Positions 9,780 to 19,074 of a DNA stretch of 64,000 bases are shown here, piece after piece. Source of the stretch: Candidatus Eiseniibacteriota bacterium. Its GTDB lineage: Bacteria > Eisenbacteria > RBG-16-71-46. Under the pieces are notes generated by a model that saw nothing but the letters and a program-made list of their open reading frames with translations, was not told the DNA's origin and made no database searches. The stretch is from contig JBGAML010000002.1 of NCBI GenBank assembly GCA_044223005.1, positions 256,001 through 320,000 of the forward strand, written 5' to 3'. The translations under genes were made by a program, and so were the position numbers. The stretch's first letter is position 1, and each line of letters opens with the position of its first letter.

Positions 9780-10535
9780 TCAGCCCTTCGTCGCGTCGCG
9801 GAAGCGCCGCGAGACCGCGTCCCAGTCGACCACCTTCGCGAACGCGGCGACGTAGTCCGCGCGGCGGTTCTGGAACTTGAGGTAGTACGCGTGCTCCCAC
9901 ACGTCGATCCCGAGCAGGGGAGTGCGCCCGGCCGTGAGTGGTGAATCCTGGTTGGCGCTGGTCTCCACGGCGAGTTCCCCGGAGGACGCGCGCGTGAGCC
10001 ACGCCCAGCCGCTCCCGAATACGCCGGCCGCCGCGCCGTTGAATTTGTCCTGGAACGCGGCGAACGAACCGAACGATTTGTCGATCGCTCCCGCGAGCTC
10101 GCCGAGGGGGGCGCGCGCGCCGTCGCGCGCGAGGCTCGTCCACAGCAGCGAGTGGTTGGCGTGTCCGCCGCCCTGGTTGCGGATGGCGGTGCGCACTTCG
10201 GCGGGCAGCGTCTCGAGCCGGCGCAACAGTTCCTCCACCGGGAGCGCGGCGAGATCGGCGTGGCCGGCCACCGCCGCGTTCAGCTTGGCGACGTAGGCGG
10301 CGTGGTGCTTGTCGTGATGGATCTGCATCGTCTGGGCGTCGAGGTGCGGCTCGAGCGCGTCGAACGCGTAGGGCAGCGGTGGCAGGACGAACGGCCCCGT
10401 GGGTGCCGTCGGTGCCGCGGCGGGCGCGGTGGCGTGCGGATCGGCCGGCATCTCGGCGGCGCCGGCGACACCACCCGCGAGCACACCTGCGGTGCCGATC
10501 GTCACGGTCTTCAGGAAATCGCGTCGCGTGGTCAT
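9780..10535 (-). CDS. sodA: Mn/Fe superoxide dismutase with twin-arginine (Tat) signal
   Basis: AAGGAG RBS; TRRDFLK; HHDKHH, NQGGGHANH, FGSGWAWL, NQDSP and DVWEHAYY. The GGGH and NQD signatures suggest the Mn type. Confidence 0.9.
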   Translation of the reverse strand: MTTRRDFLKTVTIGTAGVLAGGVAGAAEMPADPHATAPAAAPTAPTGPFVLPPLPYAFDALEPHLDAQTMQIHHDKHHAAYVAKLNAAVAGHADLAALPVEELLRRLETLPAEVRTAIRNQGGGHANHSLLWTSLARDGARAPLGELAGAIDKSFGSFAAFQDKFNGAAAGVFGSGWAWLTRASSGELAVETSANQDSPLTAGRTPLLGIDVWEHAYYLKFQNRRADYVAAFAKVVDWDAVSRRFRDATKG

Positions 10536-10679
10536 CCGGGACTCCTTTCGAGAGGTCGGCCGTGTGAGACCGGAAACTAGCACGCGCGGCCAACCCGCTC
10601 GTAAACGCGACGAGCGGCCGCTCGCGCGGCCGCCCGTTCGCGGCTTCCGGCGCCCCCGCGCCGTGCCCTTCCGGTTCCG

Positions 10680-13436
10680 TCAGCGCGCCAGCGCCAGGCG
10701 CTTCGCGCCGATCATGCGGCCGTCCACGACCACGCGCACGAAGTAGAGCCCGGCGCGTGCCGTGGCGCCGCCGTCGTCGTTCGCGTCCCACGTCGCCGTG
10801 TGCCGGCCGCCGGAGAGCCGTCCGAGCGCGAGTGAGCGCACGCGCCGCCCGAGCAGGTCGAGCACGTCGACGCGCACGTCGGCGTCGCGCGCGAGCGCGA
10901 AGCCGAGCGTCGCGGTGCCGCGCGAGGGGTTCGGGCCGAGCGCGTCGAACACCGGCGCGTGCGGCCCCGGACCGTCGCCGACGCCGGCGCCGGCGACCGT
11001 CAGGCTCGCCGTCGTGCTCGTGTCGTTGCCACAGGCGCTCGAGACCACCATGTGGTAGTCGCCCGAGTCGTACGACGTCAGGTTCGAGATCACCAGGTTC
11101 GGCGTACTCGATCCACCGATCGCCGAGCCGCTGAACGTGGCGCCGTCGGCGAGCGCCGTGTTGCCGTGGTACCACTGGTACGCGAGTCCGGAGTAGCCGC
11201 TGGCCGCCGACGCGGAGAACGAGAGGGTCGCGCCGGGTCCCGCGCTCTGGGACGTGGGCTGCTGCACGAGGAACGGCGTGCCGGTTTCACTGAATCGTGC
11301 CCAGTTCACGCGCCACATTCCCCCGGCGACGAGGAACTGGCCTCCCGCCTGCACCTCGCCGTTGCTCGTCGTGAGCGCGAATACGGTGCCGTCGACCCCG
11401 GCGTCGGGCTGCTGCCAGCTGCCGTCGTACCAGGCGATGTGCGCCGCCGGGATGCCGCCCGCCGTGGTGAACTCACCGCCCACGTAGAGCCGCGTGCCCG
11501 TCGAAACCAGCGCGTGCACGCGCGCGTTCGTACCGCCCGTCGCATAGGTGCCGTAGCTCGTCCCGGTGTAGTAGGCGAGGTTTGGCGAGCTGTTGATGCC
11601 CGCGAACAGGCCGCCGATCGCCAGCGCACCGTTGTGGATCTCGAGCGCGAACACCTGGCCGATGAAGTTGCCGCCGCACGCGCTCCAGCTGGTCCCGTTC
11701 CAGCGTGCGAAGCCGCCGGTGGTGATGCCGCCCGCGGTGGTGAAGTCGCCGCCTGCGTACAGGTACCCGCCGAAGCTGCGCAACGCGCGCACGGTGCCGT
11801 TCATGCCGCCGCCGACGGGCTCCCATGCGCTGGTCGTCGTGTTCCAGCGCGCGACGTAGCTGGTCGTGACGCCCGAAGCCGTGAACGCACCGCCCGCGTA
11901 GGTGGCGTTGTTGAAGCGCTCGATCGCGTAGACGTCGGAGTTGAAACCCGCGCCCATCGCCTGCCACGCCGGCGGCGGGAATCCCGAGACGGGATCCGTG
12001 ACGTAGCGCGCGATCCGTGACGCCGGAACGCTGCCCGCCGTGCCGAAGTGTCCGCCGGCCACGAGCTCGTACTTGCCGGAGATGCCGGGGTTCTTGAACG
12101 AGCAGAGGGCGGACACCGATCCGTCGACCCCCGTGTCGTACGCCGAGAGACTCGAGCCGTCCCAGCCGGCGACGTTCTGCACGGCCGCGTTGCCGAGCAG
12201 CGACTGGGTGAAGCTGCCACCGGCGACCGTGCGCCCGAGATGGTTCGTCAGCGCGTAGACCGCGGACGAGTGACCGCCGCCGAACGCGGACCAGCTGCTG
12301 CCGTTCCAGTGCGCGAGGTGGCTCGCCGACCAGCCCTCGGCGTAGCCGAACGAGCCGCCGACGATCAGTTCGCCGTCCCAGGGATAGATCGCGCCCGGCT
12401 GCGCGAAGTAGTCGAGCCCCGAGCCCAGCGGGGACCACGAGGTGCCGCTCCAGGCCCAGATGTACTGCCCGCCGTCGTCGCCCGAGGCGATCAGCGAGCC
12501 GTTGTAGTAGCCGAGTGCCTCCACCGATCCCGGGAGGATGCCGTTGGGCCGGCTGAAGGCCGAGCCGTTCCACTTCGTGATGTACCGCATCTGCGGGGTG
12601 ACGTTGTTGATCGTCAAGAACCGTCCGCCGATGTAGAGCTCGCCGAGGTAGGGCTGCAACGACGTGACGGGGGCGCTCGGCTCCGCGCCCGCGAGCGACG
12701 ACCAGGTCGATCCATTCCAGGTCGCGAGGTACTGCGCGGGCCCGCCGTCCGCGATCGTGAAGTCCCCGCCGACATAGAGCTGGCCGCCGTACTGGGCGAT
12801 GCAGGAGACGCTGTGGTAGCACGGGTAGATGCTGCAGCCCACGCCACTTCCGAGCGGCTGGAACCCGTTCGCATCGCTGGTCCAACTCGCGACGCGCTGG
12901 AGGGGGTGGACGCCGTCGGCGTCGGCCGTGAACGAACCCGCGAGGATCAGTTGGCTGTTCCAGACGGTCATGGCCTTGACGATTCCGTTCACGCCGTTCG
13001 GAAAGTAGCTGTTGCCGAGCGGCTTCCAGGTGCCCCCGTCGTAGCGCGCGACGTTGCTCGTGGCGACGCCACCGGCATGCGTGAACGCGCCGCCCACGAC
13101 CAGTTCGTCGTTGTAGACCGCGAGGCTGTAGATCGGGCCGTCGGTGCCGGCTCCGAGCGGCTGCCACTGGCCCGTGGCGGGATCGAGCAATGCGACGTGG
13201 CTGGCCGCCACGCCCTGGATCGACGTGAAGAATCCGGCGACGACCAGCATCTCGGGCCGGTTGTCCGGTGGGTCCCACGAGAGCACGGCCATGACGGTGT
13301 TGTTGGTGCCGTTCACGCCCGTTCCGTTGTCGAGCGGTCCCGCCAGCCAATCGGCGCACTGGGCCGAAACCCGTGCAGGGGAGAGCGGAACGAACAGGGC
13401 GAGCGCGGTGGCGATCGCGAGAAGCGTGGAGCGCAT
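10680..13436 (-). CDS. Secreted beta-propeller repeat protein with Ig domain and FlgD-like C-terminal sorting domain
   Basis: AGGAG RBS; signal peptide; many W..LG.G.NG.V.AL....LY.GG.FT.AGG...ARW repeats; Ig motif YQWY...DSGDY; GPNP...WDANDDGG...GLYFVR. Confidence 0.8.
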   Translation of the reverse strand: MRSTLLAIATALALFVPLSPARVSAQCADWLAGPLDNGTGVNGTNNTVMAVLSWDPPDNRPEMLVVAGFFTSIQGVAASHVALLDPATGQWQPLGAGTDGPIYSLAVYNDELVVGGAFTHAGGVATSNVARYDGGTWKPLGNSYFPNGVNGIVKAMTVWNSQLILAGSFTADADGVHPLQRVASWTSDANGFQPLGSGVGCSIYPCYHSVSCIAQYGGQLYVGGDFTIADGGPAQYLATWNGSTWSSLAGAEPSAPVTSLQPYLGELYIGGRFLTINNVTPQMRYITKWNGSAFSRPNGILPGSVEALGYYNGSLIASGDDGGQYIWAWSGTSWSPLGSGLDYFAQPGAIYPWDGELIVGGSFGYAEGWSASHLAHWNGSSWSAFGGGHSSAVYALTNHLGRTVAGGSFTQSLLGNAAVQNVAGWDGSSLSAYDTGVDGSVSALCSFKNPGISGKYELVAGGHFGTAGSVPASRIARYVTDPVSGFPPPAWQAMGAGFNSDVYAIERFNNATYAGGAFTASGVTTSYVARWNTTTSAWEPVGGGMNGTVRALRSFGGYLYAGGDFTTAGGITTGGFARWNGTSWSACGGNFIGQVFALEIHNGALAIGGLFAGINSSPNLAYYTGTSYGTYATGGTNARVHALVSTGTRLYVGGEFTTAGGIPAAHIAWYDGSWQQPDAGVDGTVFALTTSNGEVQAGGQFLVAGGMWRVNWARFSETGTPFLVQQPTSQSAGPGATLSFSASAASGYSGLAYQWYHGNTALADGATFSGSAIGGSSTPNLVISNLTSYDSGDYHMVVSSACGNDTSTTASLTVAGAGVGDGPGPHAPVFDALGPNPSRGTATLGFALARDADVRVDVLDLLGRRVRSLALGRLSGGRHTATWDANDDGGATARAGLYFVRVVVDGRMIGAKRLALAR

Positions 13437-13685
13437 GGGGCTCTCCTGCGGCGGAGATGGAGTGGGCCGGGCGAACCCGGGGGGGGCGGCGATCGCGGCG
13501 GGGGGACCCTCGGCCACCCACCGCGCTGTCGGGTTCCTACGTTCGAGCCGCCCCGGGCGAACGAGCCCCGGATCCGCCCTTGGTCCCGCGCGTTGCCGGG
13601 TCTACGCTTCGAGTGTCGGTCGTCGTTTCGGCCGGGCGGGCCGATCCGCCCGGGTCGTGCGGTGCGCCGGCACCTCGGAGGTCGC

Positions 13686-15029
13686 ATGCGTTCCCCACAC
13701 GCTCCCCGCGCGCGCGCCGTCGCGCTGCTCGTCGCCGTGCTGCTGGTGCCATCGCTCGCCGCCGCCTACACGCAGCCCGATCTCTCCGGGCCATGGCGTT
13801 CGCAGAGCATCGGATCCGGACCCGGTGCGCCGTGGTGGGAGCGCAGCCGCGCGATCATCACGACGAGCGGGGGCCTCACGGTCTACGCCGTCGACAATCT
13901 CGGCGAGCTCGACACGCTCCAGGCCAGCATCTCGCTCGACCCGGCGGGTATCGTCACGTTTCCCGGCGCGCCCGCCTTCCACGGGGCGCTCGACCTGGGC
14001 ACGACGTTCTTCGTGGGCACCGACACCTGGACCGGCTGGGGCGCCGGCACCACGGAGCTCAAGACGGCGGTCAAGTCGCTCGGCGGGTACACCGTCGCGA
14101 ACCTCGCGGGCGACTGGGAGGTGAACTCGATCGCCTCGGGTGCCGGTGCGCCGTGGTGGATGCGCGGCCGGATGTCGATCGCCTCGAACGGCGCACTCTC
14201 CGGCACGTTCACCGACAACACGGGAGCGAGTGATCCCGTCGGGGGCTCGCTCGGCGTGGCGGCCGACGGCGCCGTCTCGCTCTCGTTCGCGCCGCTCGCG
14301 CAGGGCTGGGTCGATGCGGGGCGCACCGTGATGGCTCTCACCAACACGTGGTCCGACGGCACGCCCGGAACGGCCGAAATGGCGGTGCTGTTGCGCATGG
14401 CCTCCTCGTACGCGCCGAGCGATCTCGCGGGCACGTGGGAGCTGCATATCCTCGCCACCGGTCCCGGGGCGCCGTGGTGGAGCCATGGACAGATCGTGAT
14501 CGCGTCGAACGGCACCGCCAGCGGCACCATGTTCGAGAGCGACGGCAGCAGTCACCCGGTGAGCGGCACGTTCACGCTCGCGTCGAACGGCGTGCTCGCT
14601 CGCAGCGGCGCGCCCACCGCGCGCGGCGTGCTCGACGCCGGGCGCACCGTCATGGTGTGGACCGACACGTGGACGACCGGCGCTCCCGGCACGAGCGAGA
14701 TGACGATCGGCGTGCGAATCGCGGGCGGCTCGACGGCGGGCGCGCCCGCCCCGGCCGCGTCCGCGTTCGCGCTCGAGCGCGTGCGGCCGAACCCGGCGCG
14801 GGGCCGCTCGCTCGACGTCGCGTTCACGCTCGCGGACGCCGGCGCGGCGCGGCTCGAGTTGCTGGACGTCGCGGGCCGCGTGCTGGCCGCGCGCGACGTG
14901 GGCGCGCTGGGATCGGGAGCGCACCGCGTCTCGCTCTCGCCGGCCGCACCCGTGCGACCCGGCCTGTACTTCGTGCGCCTGCGCCAGGGTGCGAACACGC
15001 GGACCGAGCGGGTGACCGTGCTGGATTGA
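13686..15029 (+). CDS. Secreted protein with three 107-aa tandem repeats and C-terminal sorting domain
   Basis: GGAGG RBS; signal peptide; repeats start at 13767, 14088 and 14409 (Y...L.G.W....G.GAPWW); RPNP...DVAGRV...GLYFVRL. Confidence 0.8.
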   Translation: MRSPHAPRARAVALLVAVLLVPSLAAAYTQPDLSGPWRSQSIGSGPGAPWWERSRAIITTSGGLTVYAVDNLGELDTLQASISLDPAGIVTFPGAPAFHGALDLGTTFFVGTDTWTGWGAGTTELKTAVKSLGGYTVANLAGDWEVNSIASGAGAPWWMRGRMSIASNGALSGTFTDNTGASDPVGGSLGVAADGAVSLSFAPLAQGWVDAGRTVMALTNTWSDGTPGTAEMAVLLRMASSYAPSDLAGTWELHILATGPGAPWWSHGQIVIASNGTASGTMFESDGSSHPVSGTFTLASNGVLARSGAPTARGVLDAGRTVMVWTDTWTTGAPGTSEMTIGVRIAGGSTAGAPAPAASAFALERVRPNPARGRSLDVAFTLADAGAARLELLDVAGRVLAARDVGALGSGAHRVSLSPAAPVRPGLYFVRLRQGANTRTERVTVLD

Positions 15030-15285
15030 CCGCTGCCGCGGTTCCGACGGGCGCGGCCGGTCCACCGGCCGCGCCCGTTCGTGTTCGTTCCGGGCGTCCG
15101 CGGCCGGATGCAGTGTCCGGGGGGGCGCTCCGTTCGCGTTCTCTTCACGGAAGCGCGCCCGGCTTCTCGGTGGGCGCGAGTCGTACCGGGGTCCCCTCGA
15201 CCCCAGTGCCCACGGGGGCCTCGTGTTCGCCCGATCGCTGTTCGCCGCCATCGATTGCACGGGCTCCCGCCCGCGGACCGCGCCG

Positions 15286-15852
15286 TCAGGAGCCGGCGGG
15301 ACCGTGCAGCGCCTGGTGCAGCAGCGCGCGGGCGAGACGCCAGTCGCGGCGCACCGTGCGGTCGCTGATCTCGAGCGTCTCGGCGATCTCCTCGTCGGTG
15401 AAGCCAGCGAAGTAGCGCATCTCGACGATGCGCGCGTAACGCTCGTTCACGACGGCGAGCTGCGCCATGGCCTGGTCCACGGCGAGCACCTGTTCGGGAT
15501 CGCCTTGCGAGGCGCCCGCGTCGTCGTCGAGTTCGACCTGTTCGAGCCCGCCGCCGCGCTTCTGCGCGGCACGTCGGCGCGCGTGGTCGACCACGATCTG
15601 GCGCATGGCCATGGCGGCGACCGCGAAGAAGTGGCGGCGGTCCTGCCACTCGAGCGACGTGCGGTCGAAGAGCTTGAGGTAGGTCTCGTGGACGAGCGCC
15701 GTGGTGTCGAGCGTCACGCCGCGCCGCGACGGGAGCCGGCGGCGCGCCATCGCGAGCAGTTCGCGATAGACGACCTGGAAGAGCTCCGCGCGGGCGGGCT
15801 CGCTGCCGCCGCGGACGTCGCGCAGGAGGGACGTGATGTCGTCGTTTGCCAT
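15286..15852 (-). CDS. ECF RNA polymerase sigma factor, kinase-associated type (TIGR02999-like)
   Basis: ITSLL, VYRELLAMARR, TLDTTALVHETYLKL, DRRHFFAVAAMAMRQIVVDHAR, KRGG, and sigma4 EEIAETLEISDRTVRRDW. Confidence 0.9.
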   Translation of the reverse strand: MANDDITSLLRDVRGGSEPARAELFQVVYRELLAMARRRLPSRRGVTLDTTALVHETYLKLFDRTSLEWQDRRHFFAVAAMAMRQIVVDHARRRAAQKRGGGLEQVELDDDAGASQGDPEQVLAVDQAMAQLAVVNERYARIVEMRYFAGFTDEEIAETLEISDRTVRRDWRLARALLHQALHGPAGS

Positions 15853-16121
15853 GAGTGCGCGGCCCGGTCCTCGCGAGAGCGTGCGGCGGCGTCGCGAGCC
15901 CGCGCGGCCGCCGGCCCGCGTACGCCCGCCGGCACCGTCGCCGGGGGCAGCGAGCATGCGGCGAGCTTAGCACTCGCGTGCCGCCCGGATCGACGGACCT
16001 CTCGCCGCGCGCGGGGCGGCTCGGGCCCCATGCTAACCTCGACACGTTCATGAGCCGCCCGCACGCACCCGATGCCGCCGCGTCCGGGAGTGGTTCGCTC
16101 CCCGATCCCTGGAGCCGTTTC

Positions 16122-18830
16122 ATGTCCTTCGACGCGTCGCGTTGGCCGCAGGTCGAGCGCATCGCCGGTGAGGCGTTCGAGCTTCCCGCCGACCAGCGTC
16201 GCGCCTTCGCCGAGCGCGAGTGCGGCGCGGACGCCGCGCTGCTCGCCGACGTGCTCGCGATCCTCGCCGCCGATGCCACCGCCGACCCGGCGCTCGACGT
16301 GCCGGCGAGCGAGCAAGCGGCGAACTGGCTCGAGACCGAGGACCGCGACGCGGGTGCCGGGCTGATCGGCCGCACGCTCGGGCCGTACCGGCTGGTCGGC
16401 GTGATCGGCGAGGGCGGCATGGGGCTCGTCTACGACGCCGAGCGCGCGGACGGCCAGTTCGAGCAGCACGTCGCGATCAAGCTGCTCAAGTGGGCGGGTG
16501 CGACGCCGGAATCGCGCAGGCGGTTCCTGCGCGAGCGCCGGATCCTCGCGCAGCTCGAGCACCCGCACATCGCCCGGCTGATCGACGGTGGCGTCACCGA
16601 GGACGGCTCGCCCTGGTTCGCGATGGAGCGCGTGGTGCCGGGCACGCCGATCGACGCGTGGTGCCGCGAGCGCGCGCTCGACCTGCGCGGGCGGATCGCG
16701 CTGGTGCTGCAGGCGTGTGACGCGATCCAGGTCGCGCACGCCCGGCTCGTCGTCCACCGGGACTTGAAGCCCAGCAACATCCTCGTCGACGGATCGGGCA
16801 CGGTGAAGCTGCTCGACTTCGGCATCGCCAAGCTCGTCGAAGAGGACGACGAACAGGTGACGCACGCGCACGCGCGGCCCATGACGCCGGCCTACGCCTC
16901 GCCCGAACAGGTCGGCGGCGGAGAGATCACCACCGCGACCGACGTCTACTCGCTGGGCGTGGTGCTCTACGTGCTGCTCACGGGGCGCGCGCCGTACGAG
17001 AAGCCCGCGACCGGCGCGGGCTGGAGCCAGGCGATCCTCGAGAGCGAGCCCCGGCGCCCGAGCGCGAACGTGGACGACCGATCGATCGCCTCGCGGCTCA
17101 CGGGCGACCTCGACCGCATCGTGCTCAAGGCGCTCGAGAAGTCGCCCGAGCGCCGCTACGCCTCCATGGAAGCGTTCGCCGACGACCTGCGCCGTCACCT
17201 CGCGGGCCTGCCCGTGCGCGCACACGAGCCTTCGGTGAGCTATCGCGTGCGGAAGTTCGTCGCGCGCAACCGGCTGCTCGTGGGCGGTATCGCCGCGACG
17301 ATCGTCGCACTGGCGATCGGGCTCGGCACCACGCTCTGGCAGGCGCAGCGCGCGCGCGCCGAGGCGCATCGCGCGGAGGCGGTGCAGGAGTTCCTCGTCA
17401 GCGTCTTCCAGTCCTCGGACCCCGACCAGGGGCAGGGCGAGGAACTGACCGCGAAGGAGATCCTCGAGCGCGGCCGCGCCCGCATCGACCACGAGTTCGC
17501 GAGCGACCCGGATGTGCGCATCGCGCTCTGGGAAGTGCTCTCGGACCTCTACACGACGATCGGCGACTACCCGTCGGCGCTCGAAGCCTCGCGGCGCCAG
17601 TCGTTCGCCGCGCTCGAACGCTACGGTCCGGCGTCGGCCGCCTACGCCCACGCGCGCCGGGGCATGGCGTCCAACTACCTCGACGTCGAGAAGACCGACT
17701 CGACCGTGCTCGTGCTCGCGGAGGCGATGCCAATCCTGCGGCGCACGGTGGGGGAGCGCAGCGACGACATGATCGAGGCGTACAACGCGCAGGCCGGCGC
17801 GGCGGTGGAGCACGGTGACCGCAACGGTGGCATCGTCGCGCAGCGGCGCGCACTCGCGATCGCACGCACGCTCTACGGCGCCGAATCCTCCGCCGCGGCG
17901 CGAATCGAAAACGACCTCAGCGTGTCGCTCGGCGACGCGCCCGAGGGCCTGGTGCTGGCGCAGCACGTCGAGCGCGTCTACCGGCGCGAGTACGGTGCGG
18001 TGTCGTACCTGCACGGCGTCGCGCTCTACAACGTGGGCAACCTGCTCTACGGCGCGGGCCGGTTCCCCGAAGCCGCCGCGGTGTTCGACTCGCTGTTGCC
18101 GATCCAGTTGAAGTTGCTGGGGCCGAAGCATCCCAAGACCGCGCTCACGTACCGCCAGCTCGCACGCCTGGCCGGCAGCTTCGGCGACTACGACCGGGCG
18201 CGCACGCTCATGCTCCAGGCCATCGAGGCGATCGATGCCAACGCGGGCCCCGCGTCCACCGGCGCGGCGCTCGCCCGCGGCCAGCTCGCGTACATCGAAT
18301 GGCAGGCGGGCCGCTACGACGACGCGATCCGGCGGGGCCGCGACGCCGTCGACATCCTGAAGCGTCGCGGCGAGCGCAACGGCAACCTCGCGCTCGCGCT
18401 GACCGAACTCTCGCCCGGCTACCTCGGCCACGGTGACGCCGCGCTCGCACGCGCGACGGCAGAGGAGGCGGTGCAACTCTCCGAGGGCGAGGACTCGCGC
18501 TTCCTCGGCAACGCGCTCCGGCTCGCCGGCGAGGCGCGGCTCGCGCTGGGCGATCGCGCGGGTGCCGCGACCGTGCTGCAGCGTTCGCTCGCGGCGCAGC
18601 GCGCCAACGGCCAGGACCGCATGGTGCCGTACGCCACCGCGATCGGCCTGCTCGCGCAGGCGCGCGAAGGCACGGCGCCGCGCGCCGAGTGCGACTCGCT
18701 TCATCGCGCGGCGCTCGCGCTCTTCGCGAAGATCGCGCCCGCGCAGCAGCGCGAAGCCGTCGACGCGCGCGCGGCCTACGAACGCTTCCGGCACGGCAGT
18801 GCGGGGCCGGGGGGCGGCTCCGCACGCTGA
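16122..18830 (+). CDS. Membrane Ser/Thr protein kinase with extracytoplasmic TPR-like repeats
   Basis: GEGGMG, VAIK, HRDLKPSN, DFG, MTPAYASPE, DVYSLG; TM helix LLVGGIAATIVALAIGL; helical repeat C-terminus. Alternative start at 16050. Confidence 0.9.
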   Translation: MSFDASRWPQVERIAGEAFELPADQRRAFAERECGADAALLADVLAILAADATADPALDVPASEQAANWLETEDRDAGAGLIGRTLGPYRLVGVIGEGGMGLVYDAERADGQFEQHVAIKLLKWAGATPESRRRFLRERRILAQLEHPHIARLIDGGVTEDGSPWFAMERVVPGTPIDAWCRERALDLRGRIALVLQACDAIQVAHARLVVHRDLKPSNILVDGSGTVKLLDFGIAKLVEEDDEQVTHAHARPMTPAYASPEQVGGGEITTATDVYSLGVVLYVLLTGRAPYEKPATGAGWSQAILESEPRRPSANVDDRSIASRLTGDLDRIVLKALEKSPERRYASMEAFADDLRRHLAGLPVRAHEPSVSYRVRKFVARNRLLVGGIAATIVALAIGLGTTLWQAQRARAEAHRAEAVQEFLVSVFQSSDPDQGQGEELTAKEILERGRARIDHEFASDPDVRIALWEVLSDLYTTIGDYPSALEASRRQSFAALERYGPASAAYAHARRGMASNYLDVEKTDSTVLVLAEAMPILRRTVGERSDDMIEAYNAQAGAAVEHGDRNGGIVAQRRALAIARTLYGAESSAAARIENDLSVSLGDAPEGLVLAQHVERVYRREYGAVSYLHGVALYNVGNLLYGAGRFPEAAAVFDSLLPIQLKLLGPKHPKTALTYRQLARLAGSFGDYDRARTLMLQAIEAIDANAGPASTGAALARGQLAYIEWQAGRYDDAIRRGRDAVDILKRRGERNGNLALALTELSPGYLGHGDAALARATAEEAVQLSEGEDSRFLGNALRLAGEARLALGDRAGAATVLQRSLAAQRANGQDRMVPYATAIGLLAQAREGTAPRAECDSLHRAALALFAKIAPAQQREAVDARAAYERFRHGSAGPGGGSAR

Positions 18831-19074
18831 TTCACTCCCGGCCGGACGCGCAGGTCGCCCGGCACGTTGCGGATTGCGGTGCCACTCCGCTTCCGGGCCA
18901 CCGGACCACTCCCGAACCGCCTTTGCGGCAGCACGAGGGCGCGGTACGCTTACCGGAATCCAGTCGTACTTTCGGCCCCGTCCGCCATCGGTCGGGACGC
19001 CCCGACCCCGGGGCGCCCCCCCGGCGACCCCGCTGGTGAGCGGCGCGGAGCCTCCGATCGAAAGGCCCTCATCC

